In this document: piece by piece, positions 36,150-54,538 of the stretch
Position numbering within the stretch: the stretch's first letter is position 1
Layout: every line of letters begins with the position of its first letter
NCBI GenBank assembly: GCA_964016885.1
Contig: OZ024740.1
Span: 173,104,001-173,168,000, forward strand
Reading direction: 5' to 3'
From: Eledone cirrhosa
Lineage: Eukaryota
DNA: 64,000 nucleotides
Notes under the pieces: model-generated
Told to the model about the DNA's origin: nothing
The model's input: only the letters and a program-made list of their open reading frames with translations
The model's database searches: none
Translations under genes and position numbers: made by a program

Positions 36150-39100
36150 TAAAATACGTAGTTTAGAAAGCCACAACAATGCAGAGGGAAATCTCGAGGT
36201 AGGAAGTGAATGATAGATAGGAGAAATAGGAGAAAGTGAAAATTGAGAGAGACAAAGATGAAAACAAAACAAAGGTAGAAGGGTTACCGTAGTGGAGATT
36301 TAATCCCAATATTTCGGGCTCACGCCCATCAACGGTGGAAAGTTCCAAAAGGGGGGGAACAGGCTAAGCCGGAGAAAGTTGTGGTGTCGTTAAAACAAGA
36401 ATGCCGTTATGGGGAGAAAATTTTTTTAAAATTTAAATGAGGGAAAGAATGCGCGTGCGCGTGAAAGGCTGTAGCAAAAGCTACTGACCAAATGGGTTAA
36501 ATCAAGAGGGTGCGCTAGCGTGTGAGAGCCGTAAAATATGTGTGTGTAAATATATATGTGTGTGTAACTGTGTGTGTATATGTGTAAGTGTGTATATGTG
36601 TGAGTGTGTGTGTGTGTGAAAGATAGTGGGCTGTAGAAGCTGGAAATCAAAGGGTGTGAAAGGTGGTAGGTTGTAAAACATGTGTGCGTGTATAAATATA
36701 GATGTGTGTGTGTATGCGTATGGGTATATATGTGTGTGTAACTGTGTGTGTATATGTGTGAGTGCGTGTGTGTGTGAAAGATAGTGGGCTGTAGAAGCTG
36801 GAAATCAAAGGGTGTGAAAGGTTGTAGGTTGTAAAAACATGTGTGCGTGTATAAATATAGATGTGTGTGTGTATGCGTATGGGTATGCATATACGTGCGT
36901 GTGTGTGAAAATAGCAGGCCGTAAGGGCTGTGAATGGTCACTATGGTTAAGTTAGCCATGTCAGCTCATTTCTCTCAGCCCGGTTGTTAAGTGGGGGTCT
37001 GAGGTTCTTAATAACAAGTGCTTCCTTTATCCTTAAGGATCCGATGCTGCGTTCAGTCGCTAGGACTGTGACCAAGGGTCTACCCTGTGGGTTTCCGCAT
37101 TTAAGGATGTGTTTACGGAAGGAAGATGCGTTGGTGTTGATATGTTCCTTGATACGAACATGTAGGGGTCGGATGGTGCTACCTATGTAAAACTTGTTAC
37201 ATTTATCGCATTGAATCTTATATACGACATAGGTGCGTAGGCAATCTGCCCCCCGTATCGGGCAGTTGCTGAGGGAACACGTCCCATCTGACTCGTCGGG
37301 TTTGTTGGAGAGGCATCTTTGCAGCGTATGGACTAACATCTGTGTCCAACGAAAACTGCCAAAGAAGGTAAAAAACAACATAATGACTCGAAACAGCAAA
37401 CTACCCACCTTCTACCACCTGGTTAAAACACATAAAGAAGGACCCGATTTGAAAATCAGGCCCATTGTCTCTAGCGTGGAGGGCCCACTCTACAAAATAT
37501 CGTGGCTGCTCTCCACACTACTGAAACCCATTCTGCACACACTGCCAGCCCACGTCTGCAGCTCAAAGGAGGTCTTGGAGCGACTACACCATCTGGCGCC
37601 CAACACCAGAAAGGACAACGGTTATGCCTTCAGTCTTGATGTAGTCGCCCTTTATACCTCCGTGCCGGCATCCCCAGCCGTCGACCTGTTGACCGAACGA
37701 GTCCGAGCATCTAACTTACACTGCTTCGGACTCACACACACGGACATCCACCAACTCCTCTCCTTCGTTGTGGATAATGCACTCTTCAATTTCCTCGGCC
37801 ACACGTACAAACAAATCTCTGGGCTACCTATGCGCTCTAGTCTGTCCGGCATACTTGCGATCTCGTACATGGACCACCTGGAACGCAAGGCACTCAATAC
37901 CTGCCAACCCAACGCCGTCGCCTTCTACTCCAGATACGTTGATGACATCCTGATACTTACTTCTTCCCGGGAGATGGCGAATGAAATTCACCAAATCTTC
38001 AACGATACTGACCATCACGTCGATTTCACCATCGAACACCCAGGAGAAGACGGGTCACTCGCCCTCCTCGACTTCCGTATCAACATCTCGGAAGAAGGAG
38101 ACATAAACACCACCTTCTACCGCAAAGCAGCGTGCAAGGACTTATTTGTGCATTACAACTCAGCCCTCCCCAACAACGCCAAGAGAGGCTATGTCCTAAA
38201 TGAACTGACACGGATCACTAACAGATGCAGCGACCCGATGGGTGGTCTCACCCATACCACGCAATTCCGTAATCTACTCAAGTCTAATGGATATCCCAAG
38301 CGACTGATTAACGGAATTAGAGACCCCAGACCCAATAGACAGACACCCACTAGAAACTTAAATAAAAGCAGGTGCTTCTTTAAAATCCCCCACCTGAGTG
38401 AATATACCACGAACGCCATCCGCAGGGCCATACGGAGGGAGGGACTTGACATACATTTGGCCCACACAGGACCTTCGCTGCGAAGATGCCTCTCCAACAA
38501 ACCCGGCGAGTCAGATGGGACGTGTTCCCTCAGCAACTGCCCGATACGGGGGGCAGATTGCCTACGCACCTATGTCGTATATAAGATTCAATGCGATAAA
38601 TGTAACAAGTTTTACATAGGTAGCACCATCCGACCCCTACATGTTCGTATCAAGGAACATATCAACACCAACGCATCTTCCTTCCGTAAACACATCCTTA
38701 AATGCGGAAACCCACAGGGTAGACCCTTGGTCAGAGTCCTAGCGACTGAACGCAGCATCGGATCCTTAAGGATAAAGGAAGCACTTGTTATTAAGAACCT
38801 CAGACCCCCACTTAACAACCGGGCTGAGAGAAATGAGCTGACATGGCTAACTTAACCATAGTGACCATTCACAGCCCTTACGGCCTGCTATTTTCACACA
38901 CACGCACGTATATGCATACCCATACGCATACACACACACATCTATATTTATACACGCACACATGTTTTTACAACCTACAACCTTTCACACCCTTTGATTT
39001 CCAGCTTCTACAGCCCACTATCTTTCACACACACACACACACTCACACATATATACACTTACACATATACACACACAGTTACACACACATATATATTTAC

Positions 39101-39543
39101 ACACACATATTTTACGGCTCTCACACGCTAGCGCACCCTCTTGATTTAACCCATTTGGTCAGTAGCTTTTGCCACAGCCTTTCACGCGCACGCGCATTCT
39201 TTCCCTCATTTAAATTTTTAAAAAATGTTCTCCCCATAACGGCATTCCTGTTTTAACGACACCACAACTTTCTCCGGCTTAGCCTGTTCCCCCCCCCCTT
39301 TTGGAACTTTCCCCCGTTGATGGGCGTGAGCCCGAAATATTGGGATTAAATCTCCACTACGGTAACCCTTCTACCTTTGTTTTGTTTTCATCTTTGTCTC
39401 TCTCAATTTTCACTTTCTCCTATTTCTCCTATTTCTCCTATCTATCATTCACTTCCTACCTCGAGATTTCCCTGTGCATTGTTGTGGCTTTCTAAACTAC
39501 GTATTTTACACATTTCACAATGCTTCAAGCAAACTTTAACACC

Positions 39544-39545
<2 letters not shown>
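36150..39545 (+). mobile_element. 5'-truncated PLE (Penelope/Poseidon-like) with inverted arms 36150-37326 vs 38476-39508
   Basis: Mirrored ORF-track peptides on both strands; open RT-GIY-YIG frame. Confidence 0.92.
37327..38855 (+). CDS. PLE RT + GIY-YIG endonuclease, N-terminally truncated (the first ~31 aa of track ORF 37233 come from the inverted arm)
   Basis: KTHK..IRPIVS, LDVVALYT, QISGLPMRSSLS, RYVDD, LLDF, YRK, VVYKIQCDKC..FYIGST, RIKEH. Confidence 0.85.
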
Positions 39546-39607
<62 letters not shown>

Positions 39608-40634
39608 AAGAAGAAAGAGAAAGAAAAGCTTGTATTTATATTACTAAAATGTACGTGAATTTAAAAAGATTGAAACGTTAAGAATTAACAGTTTGTTGGA
39701 GTTGTAGAATATGATTCCAGAATTGAAAAATTATTTAGCTAAATTATGAGTTATAATATTATATATATAATCAATTAGATTATATGAAGAATTATGGTTG
39801 TAAATACATTTTATCTTATTATATTGCAACAGGTTGTTAGTATATAAATATCTATATAGATTAATGAGTGTATAAATATAAATATTATTGGTGATTATAT
39901 AGATATAAAACACACGTATTAATTTGTTTACATTTCTAATATGAGTTACGAAGGATGTTGATTTTACATTTTACATATTATTTAAGAAAAAGACGTAGTT
40001 CAAATTATAAGAGAAGAACAATTTGTAGATTCAAATATTTTCATCCAACATTGAAAGTATTTACAGAACATTATTAATTTAGCGAAATTACATAATTTAT
40101 TATACAAGTTATTATGTCTATGTTTGCTCAATTGTAAAGGAAAAGATAACTCCAATATTATTTGTTAAACTATTAAAATTAGATTTGATGAATAATTTTC
40201 TTAGAAAATGCGGAAAGTATGTAGAGAAAATTATATATTATTTTGTGTGAGATTATAAGGTATTTTATATTACATGTTTTCAAGGATGAGAATTTCAATT
40301 ATATATTATCTACGTCGAAAGATGTGTGAAAAGTTTGTCATTTGTGTATCGAGGAAATTTTTTATATAATTAACTGTCAAAATTCTATTAATTTAAAAAG
40401 CGAATTATTCAGTTCTTGCAGACATCACCAAAAATCTACTTTCCGAAGTATTTTTAATCTATAATATTCATTACACATGACTACATCTTATACATCTTTA
40501 AAATGATTCTGTTGTTTACTGAGGTTTTTTTTTTATCTAAAAAAATTTTTTAATGATCTTTTTCTTCTTAAATTTAGTATTTTTACATAATGATACTCTT
40601 CTTAATCTATTTTTTAGATGTATATATTTTTTTA

Positions 40635-44365
<3,731 letters not shown>

Positions 44366-44399
44366 TCTATCTGACAGAATGATCAGCAAAATTTAGCAG

Positions 44400-46780
44400 T
44401 AAACAATGCACTAACAATTTAGCTTAAGTTCATAATTCTTCGTAGAAACTGAAGAACACCGAAAACTTGAGGACACCTTACAAGTGATCGGGGATGATGT
44501 TTCAACAAGTCCATGGCTTTAATTTGAATGACAGGCCATACAACGCCAGGATAAGAAAAGAACATTCTAAATTAGAATTTGCGGCAGTAAATTAAATAGC
44601 CGGTAATTATCTGAAGACCACACAGTCCAAAGGTATAAAAAGAACCTACGAAACAATAAACCTTTTGATATATGTCTCTCAACTATCAAATCGCTGGCCT
44701 TTTGATAAGAATTTAAGCCACGCAATCGAGGCACAAGCAGAAAGCCTGAACCAGCATAGGCACGCAACTTAAAAAATAAAATGTTATTCCTGTGAATAAG
44801 TATTTCACAGATCATTATAATATGAAATGCAACTCAAACAACAATTCGACACCAGAAAGGTTTAAGAGAAAAACTAGGGAGGTGATTTGGAAATATAGGA
44901 TTTAAAACCTTAAACTCAAAACTGCATCACCCGAAACAAGAACTCACAGCCACAGCTGAAAAGCAAGAATATAAATCTTCAAAATATAAACGGCAAATGT
45001 TGAATAGATTATTTGCCACAAATCCAAAATCGGTTTATCGTAGCTTCAACCGGAATGGTTCAATCTCTGTAAAAGACATCCTACCGAACGTCAGGTTGAG
45101 AGCTACTGGAGATCTGTACGGGAAACAAACGACGAATTCAACATGCAGACTGTTCAACTAGAATAACGGGAGCAAGACTATTTCCAGTATGTTCAACAAA
45201 AACAGTATGAAATAGACGGCGTAATACAGGAAACAGCTGCACAAAAAGTGTCGAACAGGAATTCTCCAAGCCAAAACATCATAACATGTTACTGGATTAA
45301 GAATCTTTCCTTGTTATAATTTGTGTGGAGAAGGTATCAAGAGCAAACAAGAACTACCCTAATAGTTATCAACTGCCATTATTCTTACAGTTAACCAAAG
45401 TCCCACAACCACCAGTACCTGCTATCCAACGCCTGACCAAAATTTGGTACATCACTTTGCTCCTTGGAGGTGATAAGAAGCGAATTGAGTCTGATACCAT
45501 ACATTATCAAAAAATCATATTGCTGAGTGAATAGCTTGCCGATGTTCTTCTTAAACCCACTATCAGTGTGGCCATCTTTTCTTTACAATCGGATCTCATT
45601 ACTCAATTTTCTATAGATATTGGAATTAAATTTGGTCTGTCCAAATGCACACTTTTGATGTTAAAACGTGGAAAAGTTGTGTCCCCCTCTGAACATCTAA
45701 AAATGAACGGCTTGACGATGCAACCTCTACAGTCAAGTGACTGGATGAGGATATCAGATATGGACCCCAAATAAGGAGAGAACCAGGAAAGAAACTTCAG
45801 GAGAGTAAAGATAATATAGTAATCAGAACTCTCAGCATACAACAAGCACATTTTCCATAATATTGTTGCTGTGCCCATCATAATAGCAACTATGGACTGC
45901 TGTAATGGTCATTGCAAGAACTGAGCGAGATGAATGTAAGGACTCACAAGCTGTTCAGTGTTACTGGAAATTTTAACATCAATGGTGACGTGACTAGGCT
46001 ATGTTTCCCATTCAAAGAGGGAGGTCAGGGCCTAAAATCCATATTAACCTCGTACTAACAGAGGGAAAAGGTCAGCAACCATCCCGCCCAGGGCATAAAA
46101 ATAACAACGTTGTTAGGATAGCCATTGATGTAAAGGAGAGACATGAAATAAAAGCTGACATAAATCTCTCTCTCGTGAACACTGGAAAGCTCTATTCAAT
46201 GTTATAGCAAAATAGACCATTTCACTGAGAAGTTTGTACATGGGTACGTGAGATGAAAAATGTAGACTACAAAGGAAATAAACCACACTAAAAGACGAAC
46301 ATGGTGTTCCAACGCGTTCATAACATCCCACCTCAAAGGATAACTCCAAGAAATACAAGGATAAAAAATCACCACCAAGTACCTACTATACAAAAGAGGA
46401 AAGTCATCAATTGACAATAAATGTAGGCTATGCAAAGACCGAAGATGTTAGCTACATTATTGCCAGGTGTGAAAGAATGTCTTCTTACTACCTTCCCATG
46501 ATGCATTATGTGATAACCAGAACAATCTAGAATTCACTACGGAAGACAACATACTAAGGAATATACTGAGCCTAATGTCTGAAAAGAATATTGGAGAAGC
46601 CTAAGAATAAAATCTACAACCAAATTAAAACACAACCAGCTACCTACTGGATGTTAATAATGTAATAAGAAAAAATATAGAAGAAAGAGGATATCTATGG
46701 ACCATTGATGAAGAATGTGCAGCTCCAGTACCTAAGATACATGTTCAATTACATACCTACTGTTATCATTGTTAAAGAAC
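44400..46780 (+). mobile_element. Heavily decayed R4/Dong-like non-LTR retrotransposon
   Basis: FSIDIGIKFGLSKC, AYNKHIFHNIVAVPII, RLC...RGGQGL-like segment, KCRLCK..EDVSYIIARC zinc-finger remnant. Confidence 0.65.
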
Positions 46781-47159
46781 ATATACCAACCAGCTGGACC
46801 ACAATGTGACTGAAGATAAATGTGCGGGGAAAGAAAGTAGCTCCTTAACCTTCAAAATCTGTAAAATACTCTTATGATTCAAAGGATGAACATTGACACC
46901 GGAAAGGTGGCTGATCAAAAATATACTCAAAATTAAGAGAAAAACGAATGTGTGTGGGGGCGTGGGGCGTATTTTCCACAAAATGGTTAAGCACACACGC
47001 GCTTTCTCCTGTAAAAACAAATTCCATTTCTTACTCTTCTTACGCTCGCCTATCTTTCTATTTCTCATTTCTGGTGAACGGCGAAGTGTTAAAACTCTTT
47101 TCCTACAATATCAAGCGTTAAACTAATGTATATCATCATCGTACTGTAGCGTTCTCCGG

Positions 47160-47167
47160 TGTATGTG

Positions 47168-47200
<33 letters not shown>

Positions 47201-47209
47201 TTGTGTGGT

Positions 47210-47281
<72 letters not shown>

Positions 47282-47287
47282 TGTGTG

Positions 47288-47371
<84 letters not shown>

Positions 47372-47378
47372 TGTGTGT
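47160..47378. repeat. (TG)n microsatellite
   Basis: Directly visible. Confidence 0.95.
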
Positions 47379-47379
47379 A

Positions 47380-48553
47380 TGTACATTTATGTATATAGAC
47401 GTACAGTAGTATGTATATATATATACATACATGCACACATATATACATGTACGTATGGATTCACTGTTAAAGTGAATTTATTATAATGTTCGGAGTGTTT
47501 GTAAACAAACATCTCGTATTAAGCCGTAGTGTCTAGCAACCATCGTTGCTCGTTTGTTCAACACTGACAAAGGAACGCTGTACTAGTTTCAAGTTTATTA
47601 GCTATCGTCAGCAACGTATACCTTTCTGCCAGATTGTTCAACGTATATACTTACCTTATGCATATTAACGGCTGAGTAGTCCAATTTGCATATCGAGTGG
47701 GTTAATCGGCCGTGTGCACCGAAAACGATAAACGGAAAAAATGAAACGAAATTTCATTTCCCGCTCTTAGTACGGCAGTTACTTAAATATAAGTATGTAC
47801 ACGTACATACATATATGTATACAGACATACAGTAGTATATATATATACATACATGCACACATATATACATGTACGTATGGATTCACCGAACATTTATTAT
47901 AATGCTCGGTGTGTTTGTAAACAAACATCCCGTATTAAGCCGTAGTGTCTAGCAACCATCGTTGCTCGTTTGTTCAACACTGACAAAGGAACGCTGTACT
48001 AGTTTCAAGTTTATTAGCTATCGTCAGCAACGTATACCTTTCTGCCAGATTGTTGAACGTATATACTTACCTTATGCATATTAACGGCTGAGTAGTCCAA
48101 TTTGCATATCGAGTGGGTTAATCGGCCGTGTGCACCGAAAACGATAAACGGAAAAAATGAAACGAAATTTCATTTCCCGCTCTTAGTACGGCAGTTACTT
48201 AAATATAAGTATGTACACGTACATACATATATGTATACAGACATACAGTAGTATATATATATACATACATGCACACATATATACATGTACGTATGGATTC
48301 ACCGAACATTTATTATAATGCTCGGTGTGTTTGTAAACAAACATCCCGTATTAAGCCGTAGTGTCTAGCAACCATCGTTGCTCGTTTGTTCAACACTGAC
48401 AAAGGAACGCTGTACTAGTTTCAAGCTTATTAGCTATCGTCAGCAACGTATACCTTCCTGCCAGATTGTTGAACGTATATACTTACCTTGTGCATATTTG
48501 CCTATCGAGTTGGTTAATCGGCCGGGTGTACCGAAAATGATAAACGGAAAAAA
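47380..48553 (-). repeat. Tandem array of ~2.8 near-identical 416-bp units, each with a minus-strand hammerhead; candidate retrozyme
   Basis: TACTAGTTTC recurs at 47581, 47997 and 48413 (period 416); HHRs at 47575-47617, 47991-48033 and 48407-48449. Confidence 0.88.
48407..48449 (-). ncRNA. Minimal type I hammerhead (best-paired copy in the 416-bp array)
   Basis: Minus strand: ACGTTG-CTGACGA-T-AGCT AATA AGCT-T-GAAAC TA GTA-CAGCGT; 6-bp stem I. Confidence 0.85.
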
Positions 48554-48565
48554 TACATACATACA

Positions 48566-49090
48566 TGATGGCTGTCCCCTCGTTATCGAGTATGGCCATT
48601 GTACGATATACCATTATTAATAATTATTAATTAATTCTATCGTGCAATGCCTGTGCATGAAGATATTTTTTAAAGTGAGGCAAGACTGTGCACTGAGCCA
48701 ATCCGACTCTCTGAGCGACAGTAGCTATAACCCGAAAAGAAGAAAAGATCAACATCATCGGTAACTACTGAGCCGCAGGTTTTATATCGGAGTTATCCCA
48801 GTTTCCTGAGTTGCCTCCTCCTAGAAGAATGCCCTGACAAAGGCTAGGGGTCCTTCACTCCCAGTGCTTTAACCGCGCGATACATGTGTATATACATATT
48901 TACACACTTTTGGATGGCCGTTAACCCTTATGAGTTCTTCCGCCCTTAGTCAGGTTTTGTTTTTTGTCCTGCAGGGTGTCCAAAATCACCCTCCTCACCA
49001 AGTAAACTTGGTGGGGTTACCGGTTTAGTCGCCGACGATCCGACCATGCGACAAGTTGTACTGGGTTACATGTTACCAGTAGCACTCAAG
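48566..49090 (-). mobile_element. Second copy of the ~600-bp RTE-derived repeat
   Basis: Homologous to 3436-4041. Confidence 0.55.
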
Positions 49091-49275
49091 TTTCTACTTT
49101 TGGCACAAGGCCAGCGATTACCCCAGTGCACCACTGGCACTTTATTTTATCGATCTCGTTAGGATGAAAGGCAAAGTTAACCTCCTCGGCGGATTTGAAC
49201 TCAGAACGCAAAGGGCCATAACTATGATACAAAGCATGGTGTCTGACGCTCTACCGATACTGCCAAACCACCGCC
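49091..49275 (-). mobile_element. tRNA-derived SINE
   Basis: B-box-like GTTCAAATCC and core CTTTCATCCT..CGA..TCGATAAAATAAAAGT.CCAGT on the minus strand; homologous to 57915-58110. Confidence 0.75.
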
Positions 49276-49384
49276 CATATAATTATATAAATACATCATC
49301 ATTTAACACTCGATAAATATATGTGTGTGTATGTATATATATCCTGATGATTTGTGTGTGTATGTGTGTGTATGTATATATATC

Positions 49385-49530
49385 CTGATGATTTCATACG
49401 AATGAAACCGATCTAGTCCTGTAGAAGTCATTCCTATAACTATAATAAAGATGCTTACACTCTACCAATGTATTGAGTGCGTTTTTTTAACTATGCTTAC
49501 CCCCACTCCGACACAACTCGGGAATCTCTC
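49385..49530 (+). mobile_element. Solo PLE pseudo-LTR head with hammerhead core
   Basis: CTGATGA-TTTCATACGAAT-GAAAC CGATCTA GTC, then an ACTC...TTGAGT hairpin. Confidence 0.6.
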
Positions 49531-49550
49531 TCTATATATATATATATATA

Positions 49551-49745
49551 GAAAACAAAGGAAATGTGGTAAGGAACCAGATGGACCATAACGCACCAGA
49601 GTACTCAATACTTAGAGTAGTAGAGTGGGAAATAGGAAAAAGTATGACCCCCGACGGCAGAGCTCAAGCCGTTTCGACGGCTATTTCTGGACTGAAATAG
49701 CCGTCGAAACGGCTTGAGCTTTGCCGTCGGGGTCATACTTTTTCC

Positions 49746-49748
<3 letters not shown>
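49551..49748. mobile_element. Fold-back fragment of the 30.7-34.9 kb PLE family pseudo-LTR
   Basis: Reverse complement of ~34760-34889 followed by a mirror copy; palindrome ~49633-49748. Confidence 0.75.
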
Positions 49749-49789
<41 letters not shown>

Positions 49790-49790
49790 A

Positions 49791-50999
<1,209 letters not shown>

Positions 51000-51028
51000 T
51001 TATTTATTTATATAGATTTATTGATTTA

Positions 51029-51064
<36 letters not shown>

Positions 51065-51070
<6 letters not shown>

Positions 51071-54000
51071 AAAGAATATAGGTGTAACACACGAGTTGTG
51101 ATATATTGGTAAAAGGAAAAGAAAATGCTGACAAATTGTTCCCAGTGAAAAATAGTTTAATTAGGAATAAGTAAAAATTAGTAATAAGTATTGGTTAGTA
51201 TTGGTCAAATAGAATTCCGAACCCTCTATTAGGTTGATGCATATGCCACAGTTGGGTCTATCGCATTGTTTTACTGTGGGTTTCGTTGTTGTGATTGGCA
51301 GTACTTTGGCATGTGTTAGGATGTTTTTCATTGACTTAGATTGTCTTTTGCTCTTTATGATATCGTGTGTTTGGTTCATTCTATGGTCCTTTTTTAACAC
51401 AGGGATGTTCTGGAGGATGGTGCCAAAGGCCTCATTGTTGAGGGGGTTGTGTGTGGAGATGAATGGAAGCGCTTTGAGTTTCGGCTGATTTACTTTAGGG
51501 TGTCTAAGGTCCTGGGTACTAAGTTTTAGGGCACGTTGGATTCCATTGTCAATTAGTGATGCAGGGTAGTCCCTGACTATGAGTGTGTCCTTTAGTTCTT
51601 GTAGCCGTAAGTAGCAGGTGTTTTTATTGGAGACTATAGTACAGATTCTCTTGGCTAAGTTGTAGGGAATATTAATTTTAACGTGTCAAGGGTGGCAAGA
51701 GTTGAAAGGAAGATATTGCTTGGAGTCTGTGGGCTTGTAGTATATGTCTGTTTCTATTTTTTTGTTATGGATCTTAATCAGGATGTCGAAGAAGGGTAGT
51801 TGTTGATGGCTGTATTCCATCGTGAAGTTAATATTCGTGTTGAGCCCATTTATAAGGGTGTGAAATTCTTTAAGTTTCTCGATGTTTTCGTGCCAAAGGA
51901 TGAAGCAGTCATCTAGATATCGCTTCCAGTTCCTTTCTATGTGTAAGTGGAGAGTGTTTCCAAATTTGTTTAGTACTTTAGTGTAGAGGGTGATTTCCAG
52001 GTATCCCATGACTAGGTTGGCATAAGTGGGGACTGTTTTCGTTCCCATAGCGGTCCCAGATTTCTGCCTGTAGGATTTGTTATTGAAAACGAAGTAATTG
52101 TTCTCCAAGATAAATTTGAGTCCTATCACGAATTCTTTTTTGATGCGTTGTGGGAGTTCATTGTGGTAATTATCCAGCCAGAATTGGATAGCTTCTATTC
52201 CTAGGTTGTGGGGGATGTTGGAGTATAGGTTGACTACATCGAACGTCACTAGTAGGGTTTGTTCAAAAAGGGGCATATTAGGGAGGTGATTGAGCATATC
52301 TAGGTCGTCCCTTATATAGCTTTTGATGTGTTTGAGAAAAGGCTTGAGAAGGGTATCAATGAAGTTGCTAAGGCGGTGGGTTTCGCAAGCGGGGCCTGCT
52401 ATTATAGGTCTTAATTTGAGATCATTGGGTGAGGGGACATTGATGACTATGGCTGTGGCTTCCGTGCATGCCTTAGTTATTAATTCGCTTTTATGTACTT
52501 TAGGGATACCGTAGAAAAGGCTGGATTTACTTGTGAAGTCTGTGATGAAGCTGAATTCCTTGTTAGTGAGTCCTTCTTTGTATTGGTTGATCAGTGTTTT
52601 TAGGTTTGTCATAATTTTCTGTTGATTGTAGTGTTCAGCCTTTTCGTAGTATGTTTCGTTTTCCAAAGTGGAGAGCGCTAAGTTGATATAGAATTCTGTC
52701 TCCATTAGGACTACTGTACTCCCTTTATCATCCCCTTTAATTGTAATGGTTTTGTCGGTTTTTAATCTATTTAATTCTTCTCATTCTTTCTTGTTGAGGT
52801 TTGGCTTGTGTTTTTGTCTGTGCAAGTGTTGGTAAGGGAAGTTTATGATGTGTTCACAGAATTCGTCCAGGATTTTATTTCTACCTTTTGATGGGATGTA
52901 GTTGCTTCTATTTCTGGCTAATGATTCATCCTCATTGTACTGGTTCTTCACTGAGTCGTAACTTTCTACAGAAGTCTATGATGTCTTCCTTCATTTCATA
53001 GTAGTTAGGACGTAGTGGGGTCGGTGTGAATTTAAGACCTTTGGAGAGTAAGTTGATAAGGTTGGGTGTTGGTTCTGCACTAGTTAGATTGATAATTTTT
53101 ATTACTCTCGGTTTCTCCTCCCTGTCTCGTGTTATTTTGTTTGCCTGTATCTGTGTGCTGTGTCTAAAAAATGGTTGGGGTAGAGGGGTTGTCTGCTGAT
53201 GTTAAGTGGTCTCCTGTGTTTGTTATATTCCTTGTTGTTGTAAAATATGGTTCGGGTTCGTGGTTGTAGATTGAATGGGGTGTTCCTGTATTGCGAGTAT
53301 GGATGTGTGTTTCTATGTGCCATGTTAGATTGTGGTGTTATAGGTGGCCTACGTTGTTGGTTGTATCGTGTGGTGTGGGTTTGTTGTGTATTGTGGAAGC
53401 GAGAGTTGAGAAAATGGAAATTACCTTGCTGTCCCCTTGAAGTGGGGAAGTTGTTACATCTATCATGGTGGTGGTATCTTTTCCCTATGTTTGACGATGA
53501 GGCATCCGCGTAGTAGTTGAGTGATTTGGTATGGTGTCTCCTTGAAGGGGGAAAGTTGTAAATGTCATTCTGGGGGTGATGATTTCTAGGGTTTTTGTTC
53601 CTTCTTATGGAAGCGAGGTTGGGAAGTTCATCTTCGGTGTGGTGCTTCCTTCTTCTTTTGTTAGTGGCTGGGGGGTTTGCAAAGTTGTTGTGCGTTTCGG
53701 TTATGGGTTTTCCTATTTTTATGAACAGGTTATTGAAGGTGTAATCCGTTTGAAAAGTCGATTCATAGTTTAGGAACCAAGCGGCACTTTTTTCCCAGCG
53801 TTGAAGGGATTTCAGTTCTTCTCTGTTGCAGTCCCCTTTCTATAATTTAGAGATCTTCTCTACCTTGGGGCCTTCGGTCTTATTCTTGATTTCCAGGAGG
53901 ATCTCTTCATCGATGGTTTTGATTTTTTCCTCATTTGTCTGGGCCCTCCATTTAAGAAGTTCAATTTCTGTCTTCAATTTTTCCAATGCCATTCTTTCCC

Positions 54001-54515
54001 TAAGGTGTCTTTGAGGTTCGGGTTCATTTGGAATGGACTTTATTTGTATTTTACGGGGGAGTGTTAGAGGGGTTGAGTTAAGCCATTTTTCATATATCTC
54101 CGCTTTGTTGTGATTTTGTATCATCTTCCAGAATGAGAACTTTCTGTCTCTGGGGGATTTGTTCCATTTTGGAATTGTTCGAATTTTCATTTTGTATGAA
54201 TCAATCTCACATGGTTCTTCGTTGGTTTTTCCTGGGTTGGTAGTAGTGAACATAGTTTGGATAGTATCGCAAAGGTTTTGAAGTTTATCGCCGATTTCGG
54301 AGGGTTTGTATCCGGTGACGGTTTCCTCATTTGTGGAGTCAAGTTTGTCGACCAGCACAGATAGGTTGGTGTTAATTTTCTTGAGTTCCTGTAGAATCTC
54401 TTCATTTGTGTTGATAAGAGTTGTATCTGTTTTTGTTGGCATTTTCTGTATCTCGTGTGAGGATACGATATTTAAAAGAATACAGGTGTAACACACGAGT
54501 GGTGATATATTGGTA
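51065..54515 (-). mobile_element. Neptune-like PLE with extra upstream ORF; GIY-YIG deleted; ~47-bp direct terminal repeat
   Basis: RT motifs GLKFTPTP, DKG, PKVHK, LRPII, FDVVNLYSNI, QKSGTAMGT..PTYANL, RYLDD; linker CDRPNCGIC then break; repeat at 51065-51111 and 54468-54515. Confidence 0.88.
53132..54442 (-). pseudogene. Upstream ORF1 (~437 codons) of the Neptune-like PLE, with a single in-frame TAG at 53840-53842
   Basis: Hand translation: the frame is open from MPTKTD to ...HFLDTAHRYRQTK* apart from one TAG; charged, heptad-like N-half and H/N/T/R-rich C-half. Confidence 0.7.
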
Positions 54516-54538
54516 TATCCAACTGCATAATAGGCAGC

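Noticed and set aside
37233-37326. Apparent start of a complete 540-aa protein
   Set aside because: The N-terminal ~31 aa are the antisense of the element's own 3' region at the inversion junction
39600-40630. Very AT-rich non-repetitive stretch
   Set aside because: No motif, TIR or interpretable ORF could be supported
47684-47691. Octamer ATTTGCAT in the repeat unit and in the PLE head (26119, 29788)
   Set aside because: An 8-mer in AT-rich DNA with no supporting promoter context
47380-48553. Regular repeats as a CRISPR-like array
   Set aside because: Whole units repeat with no unique spacers, the context is eukaryotic and there are no cas genes
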